Below are positions 22,162 through 32,288 of a stretch of 64,000 nt of DNA, piece after piece (within the stretch, counting starts at the first letter, position 1; every line of letters begins with the position of its first letter). The stretch is from an uncultured Acidimicrobiales bacterium (GTDB taxonomy: Bacteria; Actinomycetota; Acidimicrobiia; Acidimicrobiales; UBA10347): assembly GCA_943788915.1 (NCBI GenBank), contig CALSSD010000003.1, positions 136,663 through 200,662 on the forward strand. The letters run 5' to 3'. The notes under the pieces are model-generated. The model did no database searches, was not told the origin of the DNA, and saw only the letters and a list, made by a program, of their open reading frames with translations. Both the position numbers and the translations under genes were made by a program.

Positions 22162-23061
22162 TTACGGGTGACGGGCCACCAGGGCACGGTCACGATCTGC
22201 AAGATCACGATGAATCGCCACTTCGACATAGCCAGCAGCACGGGCGAGTTCCGCTGCTGCATCGAGCTGGGTTTCGCCCAACTCCAGCACCAGGGCTCCC
22301 CCACTGCGGAGCCAATGACGGGCCCCGCCGATCAAGACCTCTGCGTGTTCGAGGCCCGTGGGCCCTGCGAACAAGGCGTCGACCGGTTCCCACTGGGCTA
22401 CGACTGCCGGGAGTTCCTCGTGGTCACCGACATAGGGCGGATTCGAGATGATCACATCGAAGTCCCCTTGACGTTCCGGCGGCAATGCTTCGAACCAGTC
22501 GCCATGTCTGATCTCGATCCGGGTGGCAGGACGACCAAGGCCCGCGGCATTCGCACGGGCGGCCGCAACCGCGTCGACGCTCCGATCAGTGCAGATCACC
22601 TGCACTGTTCTATGTTCGGCTGCGAGTGATAGTCCGATGCAGCCACTTCCTGTGCCGAGATCGGCAGCGAGTGGCTCCCGCCCTTCTGATGCGGCGCGCT
22701 CGACCTCGGCCAACGCCAACTCGGCGACACCTTCGGTTTCGGGCCGAGGAATCAATACCCGGGCATCAACGGCCAAGTCGAGCGTGCGAAAACCCCATCG
22801 TCCGAGCACATATTGTAGGGGTTCGCCACCAAGGCGGCGCTCGAGCATCGCATCGAAGTGGGCAACGCCGCGTTTCAAGGCAGGCCGTTCCAGGACAAGA
22901 GCGAATTCGCCCGGTTCGGCGCCGGAGGCCTCTTCAACAATGCACCGCGCATCCACCGCTGCAAACTCTTCGCCAACGGCTTCGAGTCGCCCCCGGGCCT
23001 CGTTGTAGAACTCTCGCCACAGGATGCCGGACTCCTCTGGGGAATCGCCGCTTGCATTCAC
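22162..23061 (-). CDS. prmC: Release factor glutamine methyltransferase
   Basis: GEPLQYVLG, VLIPRPETE, DLGTGSG, SNPPY; follows prfA; exact start uncertain. Confidence 0.95.
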   Translation of the reverse strand: MNASGDSPEESGILWREFYNEARGRLEAVGEEFAAVDARCIVEEASGAEPGEFALVLERPALKRGVAHFDAMLERRLGGEPLQYVLGRWGFRTLDLAVDARVLIPRPETEGVAELALAEVERAASEGREPLAADLGTGSGCIGLSLAAEHRTVQVICTDRSVDAVAAARANAAGLGRPATRIEIRHGDWFEALPPERQGDFDVIISNPPYVGDHEELPAVVAQWEPVDALFAGPTGLEHAEVLIGGARHWLRSGGALVLELGETQLDAAAELARAAGYVEVAIHRDLADRDRALVARHP

Positions 23062-23139
23062 AACTTCGCTCCGCTCCGGTCGCTCTCCGCAATACTCTTC
23101 GGCCGACTCACCACGTGCACGCACAGCTTTATCAGCGAA

Positions 23140-24204
23140 CTATGCGTTGGCCGAGAGTTGTTCGGCACGTTCGTGCTGCATCAACGGATCGATCACGTCT
23201 TCCATCGCACCCGCCAACACCTTGTCGAGTTTGTAAATGGTCAGCCCGATGCGGTGATCGGTAACCCGATTCTCTTTGTAGTTGTAGGTTCGGATTTTTT
23301 CGCTGCGTCCACCGCCGCCAATTTGGCCCTTGCGTAAATCGCTGGCTTCGGCGGCTGCCTTGTCTTGTTCGGCCTGCAAAAGCCGCGCCCGCAACACCTG
23401 CATGGCCTTGGCCTTATTCTGCAGCTGGCTCTTCTCGTCTTGCATCGACACGACCAAACCGGTCGGCTTATGGGTGATGCGCACGGCCGAATCGGTGGTG
23501 TTCACTGACTGTCCACCTGGACCAGATGCACGGTAGACATCGACCTGCAGGTCGCCTTCGGCGATAGCAACTTCGACCTCATCGGCCTCTGGAAGCACCG
23601 ACACGGTGGCCGACGAGGTGTGGACACGTCCTTGTGATTCGGTCACTGGCACTCGCTGCACGCGGTGCACGCCGCCCTCGTACTTGAGGTGTGACCAGAC
23701 CGAATCACCCTTGAGCAAGAAGATAACGGTGGAGAACCCGCCCATGTCTGAGTGGTTCGCCTCGAGCATCTCCTGTCGCCACGGCTGCGTCGATGCGTAG
23801 CTGCGGTACATCTCGAAGAGGTCACGGGCAAACAGGTTGGCCTCTTCGCCACCTTCGGCACCCCGGATCTCGACGATGACATTACGTCCGTCGTTGGGAT
23901 CCTTAGGAATGAGGAGTTCGTCCAGCCGCTCTGCAGCGTCGGTGGCCGAGGACTCGGCGCTAGAGATCTCCTGGGCCCACATGGCTCGGTCGTCGCCTGA
24001 GCTTTCGCTATGCATTTCCTTGGCATCAGCGATGTCCTGCTCGGCCGTGCGCAGTTCGGCAATACACGCCACGATCTCGCCCAGCTCCTTGTACCGCCGC
24101 ATCGCCTTGGCATACAGGGTGCGGTCCTTGACGAGTTCAGGGTCGGCGAGCTGCTGCTCGACGTCGGCAAATTCTCGTTCAAGCTCATCGTGCAGTTCGC
24201 TCAC
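23140..24204 (-). CDS. prfA: Peptide chain release factor 1
   Basis: PVT recognition loop (RVPVTES), GGQ, RTYN. Confidence 0.98.
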   Translation of the reverse strand: MSELHDELEREFADVEQQLADPELVKDRTLYAKAMRRYKELGEIVACIAELRTAEQDIADAKEMHSESSGDDRAMWAQEISSAESSATDAAERLDELLIPKDPNDGRNVIVEIRGAEGGEEANLFARDLFEMYRSYASTQPWRQEMLEANHSDMGGFSTVIFLLKGDSVWSHLKYEGGVHRVQRVPVTESQGRVHTSSATVSVLPEADEVEVAIAEGDLQVDVYRASGPGGQSVNTTDSAVRITHKPTGLVVSMQDEKSQLQNKAKAMQVLRARLLQAEQDKAAAEASDLRKGQIGGGGRSEKIRTYNYKENRVTDHRIGLTIYKLDKVLAGAMEDVIDPLMQHERAEQLSANA

Positions 24205-24476
24205 CGTTCAAAGCTACTCGCTGCCCGTCATGCCTCCGACGTTGGCCCTGCTCAGCGCGCCATCTCCTTGGGTCACAGACCGATAACTGCTTGCAAACCA
24301 GATCAGCGATGCGGCCAGTCTCTTGGCTGCGACCGACGCAACACTCACTGCATGGTTCGCCTCGCATCGACAAACGGTGCTCGTCGAGCCGGTCTGGACC
24401 ACATCGCCTCACCATCGAGTGATCATCCATCGGGATCTCGCTGCAGCGGCCCCAATTCGCGAGAAGCCTTAGGGCC

Positions 24477-25460
24477 TTAGGTAGGCCATGGTTCGGGTGA
24501 TGTGGCGAACTCGATCGGGAGCCGAGACTGAGCCGCGATGGCCTGCACAAGCGCATGACGATCGCGGTCAGGAAGCACAATGATGATCCGATCAGCGCTG
24601 TGACGATGCGCCAGATCGGCAGCTGCGGGAACTGCATCGAGGTCGATACCGACGGTGCAGGCGACCAGCACCTTGTCGCCGTCGGTCGCGGCACCAATGG
24701 CCGACGCGATCGCAATATCCCTGATGCCGTCGCGGGGCAGCATGGGCTCGACAATCTCGAGAGTGGCCATTCCGATCTGCGACGGATCGGCCATGAGTTC
24801 GCTCCGAACCCAACGTTCGCGGACCATGCGGTTTATTGGGTGAGTGAGGGCATTCTTGCGGCGATGGGTTAGCACCTGCGCCACGACCTCGGCCAGAGCC
24901 TCGATCGGAGTCATGTGCGGATTGATCGCAGCGAATGCACCTTGGTCATAGGCGCCAACACCAACGTCGAGTCGCTGTTCTGAACCGGCGCCGGTTACCC
25001 GTGCAACTTCGAGGCCCAGACATTCGCCGATGATCGACCCATGTTCGGTGATCACGACAACATCGTCGAGCGCGAGTAGATCGGCGATGTGAGGTTCGAT
25101 GTCGGCAGCGACGACGGTGACCTGCTCTTCGGGTTCGGCCGGTGACAATGTCGTTCCGTCGAGGCGCCAGACGGTGGGCGACGGGTCAAACAACGCGGCC
25201 CGGCGCGCAACTGCGCCAGCATTCTCAGCGGCAATCAGATCCAGCGAGACCGCCTGATTGCGGACACCAAGAACCAAGGCCTGTCCGAATGAACGCTCAG
25301 GCGAAACTTCGAGCAGTGCCGTCCACACGCCCTCGTGTTCAAGGGCTGCTCCCCAAGGCACCGGGTGGTCAACACCATCGGTTCGACCGAAATGGTCGCG
25401 AGCCAAGCTGCGTAACTTCGCACGGCAGAGATCAGCACGTTGTTCTTGGGTTAGAGCCAC
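24477..25460 (-). CDS. Hypothetical protein
   Basis: 327 aa ORF filling the rpmE-prfA gap; TAGAAT -10 element 6 nt before the GTG. Confidence 0.75.
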   Translation of the reverse strand: MALTQEQRADLCRAKLRSLARDHFGRTDGVDHPVPWGAALEHEGVWTALLEVSPERSFGQALVLGVRNQAVSLDLIAAENAGAVARRAALFDPSPTVWRLDGTTLSPAEPEEQVTVVAADIEPHIADLLALDDVVVITEHGSIIGECLGLEVARVTGAGSEQRLDVGVGAYDQGAFAAINPHMTPIEALAEVVAQVLTHRRKNALTHPINRMVRERWVRSELMADPSQIGMATLEIVEPMLPRDGIRDIAIASAIGAATDGDKVLVACTVGIDLDAVPAAADLAHRHSADRIIIVLPDRDRHALVQAIAAQSRLPIEFATSPEPWPT

Positions 25461-25533
25461 TGACGTATTCTAAGGCCGCATCCGGATGCAAGAGCCACAG
25501 CAGACTCTCACCCGTGTTGCCAACAAGCGTTGG

Positions 25534-25890
25534 TTATTCTTCTTCGTCAGAAGTTGCTGCGTCTTCGGCGGGTGCCTCGGCGACTGGCTCTTCAGCTACA
25601 GGCGCTTCGGCTGCTGGAGCTTCGTCGGCGGCGGCGCCAGCCTTCTGCTTGCGGCGGCCGTAACGCTTTTCGAAGCGCTCGACTCGACCAGCGGTATCGA
25701 TGATGGTCATCGTTCCTGTGTAGAACGGGTGACTGGCAGCCGAGATTTCTACCTTGGCTAGCGGGTACTCGACACCATCGACGTCGGTCGTCTCTTGGGT
25801 CTTCATGGTCGAGCGGGTGATGAAGCTGGTGCCGTTTTGGGTGTCCAAGAAGACAACGTCGCGGTACTCAGGATGAATTTCAGGCTTCAT
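25534..25890 (-). CDS. rpmE2: 50S ribosomal protein L31 type B (Zn-free) with acidic tail
   Basis: [41 protein letters not shown]; no Cys. Confidence 0.95.
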   Translation of the reverse strand: MKPEIHPEYRDVVFLDTQNGTSFITRSTMKTQETTDVDGVEYPLAKVEISAASHPFYTGTMTIIDTAGRVERFEKRYGRRKQKAGAAADEAPAAEAPVAEEPVAEAPAEDAATSDEEE

Positions 25891-25998
25891 GGAAACATCT
25901 TTCGGGGTTGTCCTTCACCTTTCTGAACCGTTTGGGCGACTCTTTCGCCAAAAAGTTCAGAAACGCGAAGGAAGCGAACTGGGGTGGGGAGGGAAATT

Positions 25999-26030
25999 CG
26001 GCTCGGCCGTGCAGATGCACGACCGAGCCG
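25999..26030 (-). terminator. Hairpin terminator after rplL
   Basis: cggctcgg-c-cgtgca-ga-tgcacg-a-ccgagccg immediately after the rplL stop. Confidence 0.65.
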
Positions 26031-26035
26031 ACAGA

Positions 26036-26407
26036 TCACTTGAGGTTGACTTGTGCGCCGGCTTCTTCGAGAGCAGCCTTTGCCTTTTCAGCGTCGTCCT
26101 TGCTTACGCCTTCGAGGATTGCCTTGGGAACGGACTCAACCATTTCCTTAGCGTCCTTCAGGCCAGCGCCGGTGAGAGCACGGACTTCCTTGATGACAGC
26201 AATCTTCTTCGCGCCTTCGGCGATCAGAATGACATCAAACTCGGTCTGCTCGTCTTCGGCATCAGCGGCGGCTGCTGGTGCAGCTGCTGCTGCAACCGGA
26301 GCTGCTGCAGTGACATCGAACTTCTCTTCGAATGCCTTGAGCAGTTCGCTCAGCTCGAGGACGGTCATGCCCTCAATGGTCGTTAGGACGTCTTCAACCG
26401 TGGACAT
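26036..26407 (-). CDS. rplL: 50S ribosomal protein L7/L12
   Basis: [37 protein letters not shown]. Confidence 0.98.
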   Translation of the reverse strand: MSTVEDVLTTIEGMTVLELSELLKAFEEKFDVTAAAPVAAAAAPAAAADAEDEQTEFDVILIAEGAKKIAVIKEVRALTGAGLKDAKEMVESVPKAILEGVSKDDAEKAKAALEEAGAQVNLK

Positions 26408-26409
26408 AA

Positions 26410-27193
26410 TCAGTCCTCCTTATCGTCGGTGTCTTCAGAGCCAGCATCAGCTGACTCGTCGGTCTCTTGAGATGCAGCATCTGGTGCCACATCTTCCGCT
26501 GCAGCCTCAGCTGCGTCGGTTTCTTCGGCGGCTGCTTCTTCAGCAGGCGCTTCTTCAGCAGGAGCCTCGTCGGCTGCTTCTTCAGCAGCTGGGGCTTCTT
26601 CGGCTGGGGTTTCTTCAGCGGGTTTCTTCAGCAGCTGCATCGGCGGCGCCGGAGTTGGCGCCACCCTTTTCGATGAGCGCCTGAGTGAGCTGCGCCAGTT
26701 TGGTGGGCATTGCGTTGAGCAAACGAGCGAACTGCGACATAGGCGCCTGCAACAAGCCAGCGAACTGTGCCAGCATCTCTTCGCGAGGTGGGACCTTGGA
26801 CAGTGCGGTCACATCGTCGGGGCCGACCACGGCGCCGTCTACGACGCCGCCCTTGATCACCAGTGCATCGTTGGTCTTCTGGAACTCGGTGAGCGCCTTT
26901 GACAAAGCAACTGGGTCCGCCTGGCCGCCCGCTGGTGGGTACGCAAAGGCAAGAGCCGTCGGTCCGGTGAGGTGCTCATCGAGCGCCAGTCCAGTGCGCT
27001 CGGCAGCAAGTTTGGTGAGCGTATTCTTGTAGATCTTGAATTCACCGCCTGCATCTTTGACCGCAGCGCGGAGCTGAGCCTGGGCAGGAACGTCGAGACC
27101 GCGGTATTCGGTGACGAGAACGGTGCCAGCGGTTTCAAGCTTGCCGGCGATCTCGTCGACCTTTGCGACCTTGTCTGGATTTGGATTATCCAT
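26410..27193 (-). CDS. rplJ: 50S ribosomal protein L10 with long acidic tail (apparent frameshift near 26620)
   Basis: [27 protein letters not shown] tail continues in another frame up to 26410. Confidence 0.93.
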
Positions 27194-27231
27194 GTGCGCC
27201 TCTCTGGCGGGTTACTCGTGAGAAAAACGAA

Positions 27232-27350
27232 AGATGAGCGTGTGCAACGCCCTCAAAGACGGATGCAACACGCTCAAGTGAGCCGTTGTCTCCTCGTCGG
27301 GTGAGCTGGTTTGCTCTTACGCTCTTACGAGCACCTGATGTCTTTGGTGA
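27232..27350 (-). promoter_or_regulatory. L10 leader-like autoregulatory RNA
   Basis: CCAAAGACATCAGGT...GCTC-GTAA-GAGC...CCCGACGAGG followed by a long hairpin (tgagcgtgt...acacgctca) in the rplJ 5-prime region. Confidence 0.6.
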
Positions 27351-27515
27351 CGATGAAATTGTCAGTGGCAGAGGCTAGCGGGGCGAGGATCACTCCCCAC
27401 CCCGATTCACCCAAAGATTGCCGGAACCGGAACTCAGCGGTGCCCGGAGCGAAGAAGTTGCCAACTCGGGCAGCGTTCGGTGATGAACGAGCCCAAGGCC
27501 GACTTCGCCGTGCGT

Positions 27516-28199
27516 CTAGTAAGCGGTGTGGTCGACCTTGACGCCAGGACCCATAGTCGAAGCGAGGCCGACTTTCTTAATGTAGCGACCCTTGGCCGTA
27601 GCAGGCTTCACGCGGACCAGCTCATCGATCACTGCGGTCAAGTTGGTGGCCAGATCTTCGGAGCTGAAGCTGACCTTGCCGATTGGAACTGCCAGGTTGG
27701 CGTTGCGATCGGCACGGTATTCCACACGACCGCCCTTGAACTCGGCGACTGCCTTGGCGACATCCATGGTCACCGTGCCGGTCTTTGGGTTCGGCATCAG
27801 GCCACGTGGACCAAGTGCACGGCCCAATTTACCGACCGTAGGCATCATGTCTGGCGTAGCGATAGCGATGTCGAAGTCGAGCATGCCGCCTTCGATCTGC
27901 TCGGCGAGGTCATCAGCACCAACGAGGTCAGCGCCAGCTTCGCGGGCGGCAATCGCTGCTTCGCCCTGGGCAAAGACGGCGATGCGGACAACCCGGCCGG
28001 TACCTGCGGGCAACGCCACAGTGCCACGAAGGGCTTCTTCGGTCTTGCGAGGGTCGATGCCCAGTCGCATGACGAGTTCGATCGACTCGTCGAACTTTGC
28101 GGTCGACAGGCTCTTGACAAGCTCGATGGCTTCTTCGGAGGTGTGCAGACGTTCGCGGTCATAACGCTTTACTGCGTCGTTGTATCGCTTACCAGCCAT
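27516..28199 (-). CDS. rplA: 50S ribosomal protein L1
   Basis: KFDESIE, LGPRGLMPNPKTGTVT, STMGPG. Confidence 0.98.
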   Translation of the reverse strand: MAGKRYNDAVKRYDRERLHTSEEAIELVKSLSTAKFDESIELVMRLGIDPRKTEEALRGTVALPAGTGRVVRIAVFAQGEAAIAAREAGADLVGADDLAEQIEGGMLDFDIAIATPDMMPTVGKLGRALGPRGLMPNPKTGTVTMDVAKAVAEFKGGRVEYRADRNANLAVPIGKVSFSSEDLATNLTAVIDELVRVKPATAKGRYIKKVGLASTMGPGVKVDHTAY

Positions 28200-28413
28200 G
28201 GTGTTTCCCTTTCATTCGCAATCACAGCGTCGCTTCGCTTCGACTGTTCTGCGGACTTGTTGGTCCCTCGGTTTTTCCAGAGCGCTCGGGCGAGGTCATC
28301 CCTTGCGTTGGTAGATCTATGTCAACATCGGCGTTGCTGGAGGTTCAGCACCAGTCCGCAGAGGCGAAAAAGCACAGCGACTCGCCGACTGCGAGCAAAA
28401 CTGTGCGAAGGGT

Positions 28414-28839
28414 TCAGACGATGCGCAGGCCCATCGAGCGAGCAGTGCCTTCGACCTGAAGGACTGCTTGAGCGATGTCAGCGGTGTTTAGGTCAGGCAG
28501 CTTGATCTCAGCGATCTCCACAACCTGTGCACCCGTGACGGTGCCCGCTTCTTCGCGGCCAGGCTCGTGTGCTGCCTTATCAAGGCCTGCGGCCTTGCGT
28601 AAAAGGAAGGCTGTAGGAGGCGTCTTGGTGATGAATGAGAATGAGCGGTCTTCGAAGACCGTGATCTCGACCGGAATGATCTGGCCGCGTTGGCCTTCGG
28701 TCTTGGCGTTGTACGCCTTGCAGAAGTCCATGATCTGCACACCATGCGGACCAAGAGCGGTACCGACTGGAGGAGCAGGCGATGCCTCGCCTGCAGGGAT
28801 CTGAATCTTTACGAGTGCGGCGACTTGTTTCTTAGCCAT
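28414..28839 (-). CDS. rplK: 50S ribosomal protein L11
   Basis: [28 protein letters not shown]. Confidence 0.98.
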   Translation of the reverse strand: MAKKQVAALVKIQIPAGEASPAPPVGTALGPHGVQIMDFCKAYNAKTEGQRGQIIPVEITVFEDRSFSFITKTPPTAFLLRKAAGLDKAAHEPGREEAGTVTGAQVVEIAEIKLPDLNTADIAQAVLQVEGTARSMGLRIV

Positions 28840-29028
28840 GAGTATCTACTGCTTCTAGTGGCACAGCTCAAACGAGCTGCTCCGAATGGAGTGGGCGATT
28901 GCTGTCAGTTCTCACCGACAGCGACAGGAAAGTGTGCCGTCGAATGGACAGCTGAACAACCTGCGTTGCGGTAAAGGTGCGTCTACGTAACCAACGGTGC
29001 ATGGCACCGGTTTGTCACGAGAGCGTTA

Positions 29029-29764
29029 TTAGAGCTTGGCGACCTGGGCGAATTCGAGTTCGACGGGGGTCTCACGACCGAAGATGTTGACGAGCACCTT
29101 GACCTTGAGTTGGTCCTCGTTGATCTCGATGACCTCGCCACTAAAGTCTGCGAACGGGCCTTCTTTGACTCGAACCGTTTCGCCCATTTCATAGAGCTTG
29201 CGGGTACGGGTCTTCTTCTGGCCTGCAGCAGATGCGGCGTCTTCGTCGGCCTTCACCGTCAAGAACGTTTCGACCTCGCGCCGCGGAAGCGGCGATGGCT
29301 TAGAGCCTTGACCCACGAAGCCGGTAACACCCGGCGTGTTGCGGATCACGAACCACGAGTCATCGTCGAGACGGCAGCGCACCAGCAAGTAGCCAGGGAA
29401 CATCTTCTTCTGGACGATGACTTTCTTGCCTTGGCGGAACTCTTGGACGTCTTCCATTGGAATGACGACTTCGTGGATGCGTCCATCCATGTTCATGCTG
29501 GCGGTACGAGCCTCGAGGTTCTGTTTGACCTTTTTTTCGTAGCCGGACTGGGTGTGCACGACATACCAGCGGCCAGGACGGTCGTACGGGCTTATGACCT
29601 TTGGAGCAACGATGACTTCGCCGTCTTCGTCGACCTCGTCGAGCTTTTCGTAGATCAGCGCATCTTCGTCGAGTGACGGGGGTGTCAGCTTCAACAGCCG
29701 CATCGGCGGGCGCTTCGTTTGCCGGGTTGTCGTCGGCAGGAGTTTCTTCGATCACGTCGCTCAT
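29029..29764 (-). CDS. nusG: Transcription factor NusG (apparent frameshift at 29678-29682)
   Basis: WYVVHTQSGYEKKVK, FPGYLLV, IRNTPGVTGFVG, KOW motif, IFGRETPVEL; ATG 29764 overlaps the secE stop. Confidence 0.95.
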
Positions 29765-30069
29765 CGTTCAAACAGTTTCACGACAGCTTCGCCCAAACCA
29801 AAGTCAAGGCCTGCGACCAATGCGGTGAAGAACACCAGCAGCACGAAGACGACCAACGAGTAGTTGATGACTTCTTCGCGACTTGGCCACGAAACAAGCT
29901 TGAGTTCCTTGCGGACCTCACGGAAAAATTGGGCTGGCGGTGTACGTGGCTCATTTGACCCTGCTCGAGGCTCACGCTTTTGGCGCACCGGCTCGCCGTC
30001 GTCATCGAGGAGTCCCTGCTTCTGTGCGAAGCGGCGAGTTTGTCGATTCAAGCCTGCTGTATCAGACAT
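29761..30069 (-). CDS. secE: Preprotein translocase subunit SecE
   Basis: FFREVRKELKLVSWPSREE plus one TM; between tRNA-Trp and nusG. Confidence 0.95.
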   Translation of the reverse strand: MSDTAGLNRQTRRFAQKQGLLDDDGEPVRQKREPRAGSNEPRTPPAQFFREVRKELKLVSWPSREEVINYSLVVFVLLVFFTALVAGLDFGLGEAVVKLFER

Positions 30070-30112
30070 TGCCTTTGGGACCTTCTTAAGGGTTTGCGTT
30101 CGTGCAAGTTTG

Positions 30113-30186
30113 CAGGGCCGGTGGGGATCGAACCCACAACCTCCGGTTTTGGAGACCGGTGCTCTAGCCAGTTGAGCCACGGCCCT
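30113..30186 (-). tRNA. tRNA-Trp (CCA)
   Basis: Cloverleaf AGGGCCG...CGGCCCT; anticodon arm CCGGT-CTCCAAA-ACCGG; GTTCGAT T-loop. Confidence 0.95.
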
Positions 30187-30302
30187 TCAACTTGACGCCT
30201 CACACTATCTCTCTGACCAGCAATCGCCACGCCAGTTTCTCTTCCGGCCTGCTAGATCGACACCAAGGCACTGCTAGCTAGCGTTGCGGTGGGTCTCAAT
30301 GT

Positions 30303-30938
30303 CTATGACATCAGCACGGACATCAGCACGCGGACATCCGCGTCGGCATCTGTGTCAGAACTACCTCTAGCCGAGACGGGCGAAGAGGGTCGCCACGCAA
30401 CCAGGCCGTCGCGCAACCGAGCACGGGCCCGATGCAGACGTACCTTGGCCGCGGCTTCGGTGATGTCGAGTTCCTCGGCAATCTCGCGATGACTCAGGCC
30501 ATGGACGTCGCGCAGGACGACTACCCGACGCAGCCGTTCTGGCAGATTGTCAAGTGCCCTTCGAAGACGAACACCTACTGCGTCGTTCTGGAGTGCGAAT
30601 TCTGGATCGTTTGCTTCACGACGATCTGCCAGATCGATCACGCCATCGATGTCATCGTGACGAGAGTCGCGTTGTCGGCGCCCCATAAAGGTCGACGCAC
30701 TATTTGCGGTGATCCGATGCAGCCATGTCGAGAACCGGGCGTCGCCACGAAACTTCTGCAGGCTGCGGAACGCCCGAACATAGGTGTCCTGCACAACGTC
30801 GTCGGCGTCGTGTTCGTTACCCGTCAGGCGCAGCGCCAGGCCGTGCACCTTCTGGTAGGTGGCCTTGACCAGTTCATCGAACGCGCCACGATCGCCTTGT
30901 TTCGCCCGTGCGATCAGTTCTTTCAGGTCATCTTCCAC
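30303..30938 (-). CDS. ECF RNA polymerase sigma factor
   Basis: GDRGAFDELV, DADDVVQDTY, FRGDARFSTWLHRI, region 4 SHREIAEEL...KVRLHRAR. Confidence 0.92.
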   Translation of the reverse strand: MEDDLKELIARAKQGDRGAFDELVKATYQKVHGLALRLTGNEHDADDVVQDTYVRAFRSLQKFRGDARFSTWLHRITANSASTFMGRRQRDSRHDDIDGVIDLADRREANDPEFALQNDAVGVRLRRALDNLPERLRRVVVLRDVHGLSHREIAEELDITEAAAKVRLHRARARLRDGLVAWRPSSPVSARGSSDTDADADVRVLMSVLMS

Positions 30939-31195
30939 GCGCCACAACCCTATAGGGCGTGGCTCACCTGTCCCGCAGCGGCTTGCAACCCAACGGGACC
31001 TGGCCTCGATGACATGACGGTCGGTCTCGCTGCTGAACGGCAATCCCACACGTTCCAGGACCCCTACATTTAGGGGGTTATCGATATTCGGGCCACTGTC
31101 ATCGTGATCTTGCAGGAACTCGTGACTGCGTAGACGGGAATCGCATCCCGCCGCACATGACCCCGCCAGAAGTGACCCCGACGGAAATGTATTTG

Positions 31196-31269
31196 TAGCG
31201 CCAGACAGATTTGAACTGTCGACCTCTCGATTATGAGTCGAGCGCTCTCACCAACTGAGCTATGGCGCC
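31196..31269 (-). tRNA. tRNA-Met (CAT), elongator type
   Basis: GGCGCCA...TGGCGCT-A; anticodon arm CTCGA-CTCATAA-TCGAG; lacks the initiator 3 G-C pairs. Confidence 0.9.
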
Positions 31270-31342
31270 CCGGAAACGTACGATCACCCAACGCTGTCAC
31301 AGTGATAGTCGCTGGGACATTGCTGGATGGATCGTAACCGGA

Positions 31343-31418
31343 TGGAGCTCCCTAAGAGAGTTGAACTCTTGACCTCTTCCTTACCATGGAAGCGCTCTAC
31401 CGACTGAGCTAAGGGAGC
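31343..31418 (-). tRNA. tRNA-Thr (GGT)
   Basis: GCTCCCT...AGGGAGC-TCCA; anticodon arm CTTCC-ATGGTAA-GGAAG. Confidence 0.95.
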
Positions 31419-31525
31419 AGGGCGATCAGGATGCCACGATATCACCAGTTGCCCAACCCTTTTCCTGAGATCCTGTGTCACATCTTTCCGGATCCACGTA
31501 GTCTCGCCTATCTCTCGTTTGATCA

Positions 31526-32044
31526 ATGACCACATTTGAACCACCCACACACGCCAAACACCATGTACGCGACGCCCGCTCAAGCGACGCCACGACCCTC
31601 ATGCGCATCTATAACCGCGAGGTCCTAGAGACCACCGCAACACTGGACGCCGAGCCGCGCACGCTCGAAGAACAGACCAGGTGGCTCGCCGAACGCAGCG
31701 GCGGTCATGTCGTGATCGTCGTCGAGGTAGATGGCGTCGTTGCCGGTTTCGCGTCGCTTTCACCGTTCAAGACTCGGGCCGCATACCGGCCGACTGTCGA
31801 GAACTCCGTATACGTCGATCCCGACTTTCAGCGGCAGGGTCTCGGACGGATACTGATGAGCGAACTCGTCGAACGGGCTCGCTTATTCGGCTACCACTCC
31901 GTGATCGCACGTATCGCCGAAGGCAACCCCGGCTCCATAGCGCTTCACGAAGCCTTCGGTTACCGCGTCGTCGGCGTCGAACGCGAAGTCGGCCGAAAGT
32001 TCGGCCGCTGGCTCGACGTCACCGAAATGCAACTCATGCTGTAG
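31526..32044 (+). CDS. GNAT acetyltransferase, phosphinothricin/methionine-sulfoximine type
   Basis: IYNREV, AYRPTVENSVYV, QRQGLG, SIALHEAFG, VGRKFGRWLD. Confidence 0.92.
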   Translation: MTTFEPPTHAKHHVRDARSSDATTLMRIYNREVLETTATLDAEPRTLEEQTRWLAERSGGHVVIVVEVDGVVAGFASLSPFKTRAAYRPTVENSVYVDPDFQRQGLGRILMSELVERARLFGYHSVIARIAEGNPGSIALHEAFGYRVVGVEREVGRKFGRWLDVTEMQLML

Positions 32045-32046
32045 CT

Positions 32047-32241
32047 CCGCTCGCCTTCGGCTGCTCCTGGCATTCGCCAGATCCCCCACGAGCCCCACAC
32101 GCCGGGACCGCACAACCGCCAACCTCAGACAGACTTTCGACAAGACACGAGCCAAAAGCCATGCTCCCCGCTCGCCTTCGGCTGCTCCTGGCATTCGCCA
32201 GATCCCCCACGAGCCCCACACGCCGGGACCGCACAACCGCC
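32047..32241. repeat. Two identical 74-bp direct repeats separated by 47 bp
   Basis: ccgctcgccttcggctgctcctggcattcgccag...gcacaaccgcc at 32047-32120 and 32168-32241. Confidence 0.92.
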
Positions 32242-32288
32242 TGGTGGATGCGACAGGTTCACAAGTCTTTGGTTTAACCTCTCGTTCT

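Noticed and set aside
26410..26664. Independent 84-aa acidic protein between rplJ and rplL
   Set aside because: Reads as the continuation of the L10 tail after a one-base shift
28200..28413. L1-binding regulatory RNA between rplK and rplA
   Set aside because: Long gap, but I could not identify the consensus motif convincingly
27480..28505. Long antisense ORFs (this one, 52819-53922 and similar)
   Set aside because: Shadows of real genes caused by GC-rich codon bias; no motifs
31196..31269. Initiator tRNA-fMet
   Set aside because: No three consecutive G-C pairs in the anticodon stem and no C1-A72 mismatch; Ile2 not fully excluded
32047..32241. CRISPR array
   Set aside because: Only two units, 74 bp long, and no cas genes in the window
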